Source: an archaeon (GTDB lineage Archaea > Iainarchaeota > Iainarchaeia > Iainarchaeales > CSSED10-239). Taken from it: a DNA stretch of 32,000 bases. Location: assembly GCA_041657425.1 (NCBI GenBank), contig JBBABY010000010.1, forward strand, positions 1-32,000, in the 5' to 3' direction. The position numbers were made by a program, and so were the translations under genes. The notes below the pieces were generated by a model. It was not told the DNA's origin. It searched no databases and saw nothing but the letters and a program-made list of their open reading frames with translations. Below are positions 24,160-30,578 of this stretch, piece after piece; position 1 is the first letter of the stretch; every line of letters starts with the position of its first letter.

Positions 24160-24663
24160 ATGTTTAAACTAAATAATAAAGGTGCTTCAGAAGTAATAGT
24201 AGTGACTTTAATAATTGTTATTTCTGTAATCTTAGCTGGGCTTTTCTTTTCTTGGCTTAAAGAGTCTTCTAAACAGAATATGGATGATGCAAGTAGTGCA
24301 CTTGTTAATTCAAGTGATGTTTCTTGTATAGATGCTAAGTTTTTAGTTGATTCTTGTGATATTAATAGTACAAGTAGAGTAACTAAATTAATGTTTACTA
24401 ATAATTCTGATTTAAAAATATTTAATATAGTGCTTACTATTGAAGGGAAGAATGTAAGTGGAACAGATATGACACTTATTGGTAGATTTGAAGATGTTGT
24501 TAGTGGTGGAGAAGTAATTGAATTATCCACAGATACTAACTTTACTTACACTAGACAAGATTCTGATTATAATACTTTAGACACTAGTGAGATAAGTAAT
24601 ATGGTTCTAACTAATGGAACTTGCCCAAAGAAGGCAGTTGTACTTAATTGTATTGTTAACTAG
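24160..24663 (+). CDS. Archaeal type IV pilin-like protein, head domain only (short paralogue)
   Basis: NKGASEVIVVTLIIVISVILAGLFFSWL. LTIEGKNVSGTDMTLIG is identical to the 20724 paralogue. ATG 24160 is preferred over GTG 24151. Confidence 0.8.
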   Translation: MFKLNNKGASEVIVVTLIIVISVILAGLFFSWLKESSKQNMDDASSALVNSSDVSCIDAKFLVDSCDINSTSRVTKLMFTNNSDLKIFNIVLTIEGKNVSGTDMTLIGRFEDVVSGGEVIELSTDTNFTYTRQDSDYNTLDTSEISNMVLTNGTCPKKAVVLNCIVN

Positions 24664-24690
24664 TTGTTTTAGCATAGCGAACTAATGTGC

Positions 24691-24705
24691 TTTTTTTTAT
24701 TTTTT
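24691..24705 (+). terminator. Oligo-T tract (T8-A-T6) downstream of the pilin-like gene cluster
   Basis: Archaeal terminators are typically oligo-T runs. This tract lies 28 nt after the stop at 24663. Confidence 0.35.
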
Positions 24706-24927
24706 AATTTTGATGGGCGATTTTTTTAAGGTTTATTTTTATAAAATATATTTCTCATTATTTATTGGACAGTTTTGGCGAGTAATTTTTGTCGTTGGTA
24801 ACTTTTAAGTAATATATTATTTAAATAATAAATTATTTAAATATATAATTAAGTAAAACTGCTCTATTTAAAAACATTTTGTTCTTTCTTATTAATAATT
24901 ATTAAACCGATAAACGAGAGGGATAAA

Positions 24928-25170
24928 ATGGGAGTAATAACAATATCAATGGATGATAAATCTGAAAAGACTTTGAGAGAGTCTGCAAAGTTACTTTATG
25001 GAGATAAAAAGGACGCAATAAGTAAAACAATAGTACAAGCAGTAGATAATTTAAATAATAAAAGAGAAGATACTCTTGCAAGATTAAGACATAGGATGTA
25101 TGTAAATCCAATAAAGGTTGGAAAAGGCGGAAAGATGCCTAAAACAAGAGCAGAGATCTACGAAAGATAA
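24928..25170 (+). CDS. vapB: Ribbon-helix-helix-type antitoxin (VapB-like)
   Basis: VITISMDDKSEKTLRESAKLLYG...AISKTIVQAV fits a strand-helix-helix pattern. It lies 14 nt upstream of a PIN gene and is preceded by GAGAGGGATAAA. Confidence 0.6.
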   Translation: MGVITISMDDKSEKTLRESAKLLYGDKKDAISKTIVQAVDNLNNKREDTLARLRHRMYVNPIKVGKGGKMPKTRAEIYER

Positions 25171-25184
25171 AATGGTGGTAAGAA

Positions 25185-25748
25185 ATGACTTTAGAAAACT
25201 TTTATTATAATCAAAATTCAAATAATGATTTTTTAGATATTCAAGAACAATATTTAATAGATACAAATATACTTGTAATTTCTCAATCTAAAAAAGAATC
25301 AGAAGAACGACGATTAATTGCTGCAGCAATTGTAGAATCCGGCACTATTAAAAAAAATGCATTTGTAAGTATACAAAATTTTGTAGAATTTGTAAATGTA
25401 ATAAAACAGAAACTTAAATCCTTAGATGATAATGAAATACAAGAAACACTTATTGATTTCAAGTCTGCATTTACAGTTTTATTTTACTCAGAAAACACTG
25501 TGTCTGCGACAGTAAAGCTATCTTCAGAAACAAAAGTGCACTTTTTTGATGCCCTTCTAGCACAAACTATGCTTGAGAACAATGTAAGAGTGATCTATAC
25601 AGAAAACACTAAGGACTTCAACAAGATTCCTGGAATTAAAGCAATTAACCCATTTACAGATAAGAAAATAGCGAGACTTTGTGAAAAGGCAAGAAAGCAG
25701 AAGTTAAAGTATTCTGTACAAGTAAAAAAGAAGATAAAAATAAAATAG
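25185..25748 (+). CDS. vapC: PIN-domain ribonuclease toxin (VapC-like) with a Lys-rich C-terminal tail
   Basis: Acidic PIN residues in the expected order: YLIDTNILV, VEFVNV, FFDALLAQT, YTENTKDFNKIPGIKAINPF. Confidence 0.8.
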   Translation: MTLENFYYNQNSNNDFLDIQEQYLIDTNILVISQSKKESEERRLIAAAIVESGTIKKNAFVSIQNFVEFVNVIKQKLKSLDDNEIQETLIDFKSAFTVLFYSENTVSATVKLSSETKVHFFDALLAQTMLENNVRVIYTENTKDFNKIPGIKAINPFTDKKIARLCEKARKQKLKYSVQVKKKIKIK

Positions 25749-25809
25749 TAGTTATTTTAATATTTATTGATTTAATAAATATGGGGGATTAAGATAGGTG
25801 ATAATTAAA

Positions 25810-26151
25810 ATGACTTTAGATAATAGAATGAAATTATATTTTCAGAATAGAAAACGAATAGTTGGTGCAGTTTGTAGGCATGTTCTTAAACATCATGGTA
25901 AATTTAATAAAGATCTACCTATTTTAAAAGAAGCTGTAGAAAACACCATTACTAATCTACTAAATCACAAAGATAGAGCATTAGGTGTAGATGCAATAAT
26001 TCATTATGATTCTAAATCTGAGAATTCTTCTTTTTTTATAAAGTTGATTAGCGACAAGGTGTCTTTTGAATACACAAAGTTAATTAAAGAAAAACATGTT
26101 CACTTACAAAAACTAAAGCCAAAACCACACACTCGTGCAAGAATCCATTAG
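25810..26151 (+). CDS. Hypothetical protein (113 aa)
   Basis: ORF with ATG 25810 (the ORF track used GTG 25798). GGGGGATTAAGATAGGTGA lies upstream. No motif recognised. Confidence 0.5.
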   Translation: MTLDNRMKLYFQNRKRIVGAVCRHVLKHHGKFNKDLPILKEAVENTITNLLNHKDRALGVDAIIHYDSKSENSSFFIKLISDKVSFEYTKLIKEKHVHLQKLKPKPHTRARIH

Positions 26152-26314
26152 TTAAATTTTCAGAGTATTTTACACTAAATATTGGACAATCCCCAGTTAA
26201 AAAAAATAAATATTTATAAACTTATCGCAGCATAATATGATTATTATATTAAATAACTTCTATAAGTTATTAAAATATATTATTATTAAAAAAAATTAAA
26301 AAATGGAGATTAAA

Positions 26315-26644
26315 ATGAAAAATGAAAAAACAAAATTAATCATTTGGGCAGTGGTTGCTTTAGTGATTGGTGTAATAATCGGGCTATTATTAACAAATGT
26401 TGTGTCTGGCAATACAACAAAAGTAATGAATACGAAATTTAACAAAAACCCATTTAATGACACCGTGGGTGCATGTTGTAAAAATACATTAAACCAGTAT
26501 ACTTCTATTGAATCTGCATCTTGTTGTGTTGTTATTGGGCGCCAAGGCTATGATCCAGAAACTCCATTAAATGAATTAGGTAGTGTATTGCCACCCGGAT
26601 TTAATTATCTGTGGGATGATCCTATATTTGATCACCCTTTATAA
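26315..26644 (+). CDS. Small membrane-anchored/secreted Cys-containing protein (paralogue A)
   Basis: MKNEKTKLIIWAVVALVIGVIIGLLL anchor. CC...CC pairs (GACCKN, SASCCVV). The leader AAAAAATGGAGAT is shared with paralogue B. Confidence 0.55.
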   Translation: MKNEKTKLIIWAVVALVIGVIIGLLLTNVVSGNTTKVMNTKFNKNPFNDTVGACCKNTLNQYTSIESASCCVVIGRQGYDPETPLNELGSVLPPGFNYLWDDPIFDHPL

Positions 26645-26852
26645 ATTTTTGCGGTTTAATAATTGCTGAGGGTTTAATTGTAAAATAATAAGGCAACTTA
26701 TTTAGCCTTTCTTTTTTATTTTAGTTATCTTACACAAAAACTTGGACGTAATCTAGAAAAACATTTATAAACCCTTTGCAACACCATAAATATAATAATT
26801 AAATAAATTTTATAACTTTTTAAGGTTATTAAAAAATGGAGATGAAAATAAA

Positions 26853-27122
26853 ATGAAAAACGAGAAAATGAAATGGTACATTTTAATTGCTGCAGCTTTA
26901 TTAGTTGGAGCAATAATTGGATACTTTGCGACTGCAAACTTATCTACGACAGGAAATGCATGTCAGAATTTAAACAATCTTAATGGCATAGTTGTTGATG
27001 CAGAAGAAGGCTATTTTATATCTTATGAAGACTGCATAGGTGGCGGCGGGTCAGCCCCAGGATATCCTCGTAGAAGGATTTGTTTTAAATCGGATCATAC
27101 AACAGAAATGATACCAAAATAA
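26853..27122 (+). CDS. Small membrane-anchored/secreted Cys-containing protein (paralogue B)
   Basis: MKNEKMKWYILIAAALLVGAIIGYF anchor and 3 Cys. Same AAAAAATGGAGATGAAAATAAAATG leader as paralogue A. Confidence 0.55.
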   Translation: MKNEKMKWYILIAAALLVGAIIGYFATANLSTTGNACQNLNNLNGIVVDAEEGYFISYEDCIGGGGSAPGYPRRRICFKSDHTTEMIPK

Positions 27123-27135
27123 CTGGTTCGGCATA

Positions 27136-27157
27136 AGAGCAAATCTGCTCTTTTTTC
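27136..27157 (+). terminator. Hairpin AGAGCA-aatc-TGCTCT followed by a T-run
   Basis: The 6-bp stem (27136-27141 / 27146-27151) runs directly into TTTTTT. It starts 14 nt after the stop at 27122. Confidence 0.5.
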
Positions 27158-27193
27158 TTTTTTATTACCTTACATTATATAATAAATAGGGCA

Positions 27194-27526
27194 TTAATTA
27201 ATTTTAAATAGCGATGCTTTACTAGTATCACTTAATCCCGCAATATATTTTTCTTCAACATAGGGGATTGTGTCGTTTTGTTCTTTTTGTAGGGTTTTTG
27301 AATCGATCTCCTCGAGGTCACATAATCTCTTCAGACAATAAGCGGTAATTTTGCATATTTTTGGTTTAATCGGCTATTTTAAATATGCCGTTCCGTATAA
27401 TAAGCATTAAGCCGACCGAAAAGTAGAGAAATTGTGGTTTTTTGATGCTTTTTTGCACATTTTAGCTAGCTAAACTAGCAAAGATTTTGCTTTTTCTTGA
27501 TTTTTTCTAAATTGGACTTTTTTCAT
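27194..27526 (-). pseudogene. Decayed ORF: 111 codons in one frame, interrupted by three in-frame stops (TAG, TAA, TAG)
   Basis: The minus strand reads GGAGGTG-ATG MKKVQFRKNQEKAKSLLV*LAKMCKKASKNHNFSTFRSA*CLLYGTAYLK*PIKPKICKITAYCLKRLCDLEEIDSKTLQKEQNDTIPYVEEKYIAGLSDTSKASLFKIN*. No frameshift is needed to connect the pieces. Confidence 0.3.
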
Positions 27527-27551
27527 CACCTCCTTTCAATTTTTTTTGTAT

Positions 27552-27605
27552 CCCAAGAAAATTTTTTTAATTTTTCTGGACCCAGAAAATTTTTGTTTTC
27601 TCGGG
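27552..27605. repeat. Nested palindromes related to the 15282-15351 element
   Basis: Inner stem TTTTCTGG-AC-CCAGAAAA (27572-27589). Outer arms CCCAAGAAAA (27552-27561) and TTTTCTCGGG (27596-27605), with one mismatch. The 11-mer CCCAAGAAAAT is identical to 15324-15334. Confidence 0.45.
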
Positions 27606-27713
27606 TTTTGGTTGCATTGGGGTAGATCAATTTACTGATGTTTTTTTATACTTTTTTATGTATAACCTTTGGGGAAAGAAAACACCACGTTTTGTTATGT
27701 AGAAGAAAACAAA

Positions 27714-27860
27714 TTAACACTTTGTAAAATATCTTCTTCTTGGATCGTAGTTTGGAATTCTGGTTGTTCCAATCAATCCTTTATTCTTTAGTATTAAATC
27801 ATCAACGGATTTATACATAACACACACATTATCTCTAAACTTATTTTCATTTCGAAACAT
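27714..27860 (-). CDS. Possible small protein (48 aa), below the ORF-track cutoff
   Basis: GGTGAT-gtaaa-ATG on the minus strand, then MFRNENKFRDNVCVMYKSVDDLILKNKGLIGTTRIPNYDPRRRYFTKC*. No homology recognised. Confidence 0.3.
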   Translation of the reverse strand: MFRNENKFRDNVCVMYKSVDDLILKNKGLIGTTRIPNYDPRRRYFTKC

Positions 27861-27974
27861 TTTACATCACCAGATATATATTGTTTTTGAAAGACGGGGT
27901 GTTTTCGGGGGGGTACCTGTCCAGTGCGAAAATTAAAGATATTATTATAAATACATTTACCGAAAAGAATCTAT

Positions 27975-28553
27975 ATGGTAGAAAGAATTGGTTTAAACTA
28001 TAAGGTTATAGATTTAAGAAATAGAGGAGAAGTAAAAACTTTTCTTTCAAATAAACAATTGATAACTCAAATCAAGTCAATCTTAGAAGAAAATAATGCA
28101 TTAGTTCCAAGAGAAAAACATAAAGATGGAAAAATAAATTCTCAGATTTATAGTTTATTTAAAAGATATGTTGATATCTTTTTCTTAGCGTATTCTGAAA
28201 AAACTGGAGAATTGGTAGGGGTAATTGATGGAGAAATACATCCTACTATAAATATAGATAAAAATGAATTCAATATACATTGGATAGCTGTAAAAAAAGA
28301 ATATCAAAATAGAAACATAGGAAAAAGATCAATGTTAAGATTATGTGAATATTTAATTAAAAATGATTTCTCAGAAATTACTTTATATTCAATATCTGTT
28401 AAGACTGATAAGATACTAAAATTCTTAGATGGAAAAGAATCAAGTTTAGGAAAATATAAAGAAGACAAAGAAATGGTGCATTTAGAGAATATTCTCTATG
28501 ATGGCAAGAGCAGCAAATATAAAAGATTATATTTAAATAAGAAAGTAAAATAA
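27975..28553 (+). CDS. GNAT-like N-acetyltransferase (tentative)
   Basis: IHWIAVKKEYQNRNIGKRSMLRLCEYLIKNDFSEITLYSI resembles GNAT motif A (Q/R-x-x-G-x-G/A followed by a helix). Confidence 0.5.
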   Translation: MVERIGLNYKVIDLRNRGEVKTFLSNKQLITQIKSILEENNALVPREKHKDGKINSQIYSLFKRYVDIFFLAYSEKTGELVGVIDGEIHPTINIDKNEFNIHWIAVKKEYQNRNIGKRSMLRLCEYLIKNDFSEITLYSISVKTDKILKFLDGKESSLGKYKEDKEMVHLENILYDGKSSKYKRLYLNKKVK

Positions 28554-28555
28554 TT

Positions 28556-28568
28556 ATTGTCCAACAAT
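28556..28568. repeat. 13-bp palindromic motif ATTGTCCAACAAT, copy 1
   Basis: Starts 3 nt after the stop at 28553. Identical to 29374-29386. ATTGT and ACAAT are inverted arms. Confidence 0.5.
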
Positions 28569-28581
28569 ATGTGTGATTGAA

Positions 28582-29358
28582 ATGAAAACTACAAAAGAAT
28601 TATCTACAGAAGATTGTACCGATTTAATTTTAAACGAATTAAAAAAAGTAAAACAACCAGAAGGACTGTCATTTGAGATAACAAATCCTCACGGTCTAGA
28701 GAATATAAAACAAAGGTTCTCACAAAAAATAATATATTTAAAAGAAGAAGATAATCCAATAGCGATCTTAGAGTTTTATATAAACCATAAATATATTCCT
28801 GGAGATTCAAATAATAAATTTGTAATTTCTATTAAAACAATAAAAGGAAAGAAAGGAATAGAACTGCCTTTGATTTTAAAATGGAGAGATATACTAATGG
28901 GTTCATTTATTAGAGCAACAGTTCCAATAATTGCAAATTATAGTGGTTCAGATATAATCTATACAGATGTGCAAATCGTTAAACAAGACTTGGAAAAATA
29001 CAAGAAATGGGGATATATTTCAGAAGAAGATATAAATGATAAGGAAAAGAAAGAATTTAAGAAAAGATTGTTAAAAAAGATTGCAAATAAAGAAGTAGAT
29101 ATAGGAAAACAATCTATTGAAAGTATTATTAAAGAAATAAATCATACAGAGCAAATGATAAAATCAGTAAATTTAACTAGAAATTTATTTTTTGATAAAG
29201 AAGGATATCTTAATCCAAATAAAGAAAGAGTAAAACAGATATTTAAAGATTATGCAAAAAAGCAAATAATTTCAAAACAAATACTAAAATTAGATGTATC
29301 AAAGGTTAAAAGAAAAGAAAATGATAAAAGACTTTTTAGAAAAACAAAAATCAAATAA
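28582..29358 (+). CDS. Hypothetical protein (258 aa), possibly a degenerate paralogue of the upstream GNAT-like gene
   Basis: ATG 28582 (the ORF track used GTG 28573). IAILEFYINHKYIPGDSNNKFVISIKTIKGKKGIELPLIL loosely parallels the upstream protein's VGVIDGEIHPTINIDKNEFNIHWIAVKKEYQNRNIGKRSML. Confidence 0.55.
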   Translation: MKTTKELSTEDCTDLILNELKKVKQPEGLSFEITNPHGLENIKQRFSQKIIYLKEEDNPIAILEFYINHKYIPGDSNNKFVISIKTIKGKKGIELPLILKWRDILMGSFIRATVPIIANYSGSDIIYTDVQIVKQDLEKYKKWGYISEEDINDKEKKEFKKRLLKKIANKEVDIGKQSIESIIKEINHTEQMIKSVNLTRNLFFDKEGYLNPNKERVKQIFKDYAKKQIISKQILKLDVSKVKRKENDKRLFRKTKIK

Positions 29359-29373
29359 TAGAAAATTAAGATG

Positions 29374-29386
29374 ATTGTCCAACAAT
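29374..29386. repeat. 13-bp palindromic motif ATTGTCCAACAAT, copy 2
   Basis: Lies 16 nt after the stop at 29358. Its last base (29386) is shared with the stop codon of the convergent RHH ORF. Confidence 0.5.
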
Positions 29387-29553
29387 TAATGTTTTTTATC
29401 AGGATTATGAAAGTATCCCATGTCTGTTAATTTAATTAATGTAAGTTGCTTAACAACATCTGCTCGAGAGCATCCAATTTTGTTAACTAACCCATCAATT
29501 ATCTTTATTTGTTCCTTTGAAAAGTAAGGACTCACTCTTGCTTCTGAGGTCAT
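29386..29553 (-). CDS. Ribbon-helix-helix (CopG/MetJ/Arc-type) DNA-binding protein, 55 aa, not in the ORF track
   Basis: Minus strand reads MTSEARVSPYFSKEQIKIIDGLVNKIGCSRADVVKQLTLIKLTDMGYFHNPDKKH*. It has a strand (RVSPYFS), helix, G/loop, helix pattern. GGAGA lies 11 nt upstream of the ATG. Confidence 0.6.
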   Translation of the reverse strand: MTSEARVSPYFSKEQIKIIDGLVNKIGCSRADVVKQLTLIKLTDMGYFHNPDKKH

Positions 29554-29573
29554 ATTCTGTCATTTCTCCTTTC

Positions 29574-29658
29574 TTAGTAACCGTGTGGCCACTATACAGT
29601 TACTAATGAGTGGAAGTATTTTTAAACATTTCTAAACACTAATTAGTTACTAATGAGT
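29574..29658. promoter_or_regulatory. Candidate operator array in the RHH/SAM-synthetase divergent intergenic region
   Basis: AGTTACTAATGAGT occurs twice as a direct repeat (29598-29611 and 29645-29658, 47 bp apart). An inverted half-site TTAGTAAC lies at 29574-29581. A TATA-like TTTTTAAA sits between the two boxes, and box 2 abuts the AGGAG SD. Confidence 0.5.
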
Positions 29659-29672
29659 ACAGGAGAAGAAAC

Positions 29673-30578
29673 ATGAAAACGAAAATAGAAGTAATTGAAA
29701 GAAAAGGAATTGGTCATCCAGATACGATTGCGGATAATTTGTCTGAAAAGTTATCGAAAAGATTATTAAAGGAATACGGAGCAATAAAACACTATAACGT
29801 AGATAAAACAATGGTGTGTGCAGGAGAGATTGAGAACGGAAAGTTTATAACAGAAGTAAGGATTGTTTTTGCTGGTCAATATACAAAAGTAAAAGATATT
29901 GATAAGATACTTGATTTAGTAGTTAAGGAAACTCTAAGTTTTGAGATAAAGAATGGATTGAAATATAAGATTTACAATTTCTTAAACCAAGGCAGTCCTG
30001 ATCTTAATGAAATTTTTTCTTGCAAAAAAGCTAATGATACAAGCTTTGCAGTCGGTTACCCAGAAACAGATAATGAAAGACTAGTAAAGTCTATTGGAAA
30101 CTATATAGATAGTCTTCACAAAACAGATAAGTACATAGGAACGGACAACAAAGTAATGTTTACTTTTGATGGCAAAGATAAAACAATCTATATTGCTCTT
30201 GCTTTCTTAGATAAATTTAAAAAAAAAGAAGAGTATTTTAAATATAAGAGAATACTTGAAGATAAGTTAAAACAAAAGTTTAAGTTAAAAAATTTATACA
30301 TTAATGTGGGAGACACAAAAGAAATGCATTTTATAACAAAGACAGGAACTTCTCTAGAGATGGGGGATAGTGGAGCAACTGGTAGAGGAAACAGAAGAAA
30401 TGGATTGATAACTCCAACTAAACCAATGACTTTAGAAGCCTACTATGGAAAAAATCCAATAACACACATTGGAAGAATATATCAAGATTTAGCAATTGAT
30501 ATGGCAAAGAAAAAGAATATCTTGCTATTAAACAAGATAGGTGGAGATATCAAAAAACCAATTATTTTAGAAATTTAA
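29673..30578 (+). CDS. mat: Archaeal-type S-adenosylmethionine synthetase (MAT), compact 301-aa form
   Basis: VIERKGIGHPDTIAD, ANDTSFAVGYPE, and TGTSLEMGDSGATGRGNRRNGLITPTKPMTLEAYYGKNPITHIGRIY match the archaeal MAT family signature blocks. Confidence 0.9.
   Translation: MKTKIEVIERKGIGHPDTIADNLSEKLSKRLLKEYGAIKHYNVDKTMVCAGEIENGKFITEVRIVFAGQYTKVKDIDKILDLVVKETLSFEIKNGLKYKIYNFLNQGSPDLNEIFSCKKANDTSFAVGYPETDNERLVKSIGNYIDSLHKTDKYIGTDNKVMFTFDGKDKTIYIALAFLDKFKKKEEYFKYKRILEDKLKQKFKLKNLYINVGDTKEMHFITKTGTSLEMGDSGATGRGNRRNGLITPTKPMTLEAYYGKNPITHIGRIYQDLAIDMAKKKNILLLNKIGGDIKKPIILEI

Noticed and set aside
24816-24843. AT-only palindrome/direct repeat ATTATTTAAATAAT-AA-ATTATTTAAATA upstream of vapB.
   Set aside because: It is pure A/T low-complexity sequence in an AT-rich intergenic region. 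It may contain the vapBC TATA box, but it cannot be told apart from background composition.
27889-27930. GC-rich patch GACGGGGTGTTTTCGGGGGGGTACCTGTCCAGTGCG, considered as a tRNA fragment / att site or a G-quadruplex.
   Set aside because: No cloverleaf arms or a T-loop (GTTCGAATC-like) could be drawn. There are only two G-runs, so a canonical four-run G4 is not supported. No matching direct repeat exists elsewhere in the window to define att sites.
24664-29400. The whole accessory-looking segment (VapBC, small secreted proteins, decayed ORF, GNAT pair) as an integrated mobile element or provirus.
   Set aside because: No integrase, transposase, terminal inverted repeats, tRNA target or capsid/replication genes are visible. 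Only the gene content and the decay are suggestive, so no mobile_element feature is called.
27975-29553. A GNAT toxin / RHH antitoxin (TacAT/AtaRT-like) module formed by the GNAT-like gene and the small RHH ORF.
   Set aside because: In known GNAT-RHH systems the antitoxin is co-oriented and immediately upstream of the toxin. Here the RHH ORF is on the opposite strand, about 830 bp away, separated by another gene, and divergently paired with mat instead.
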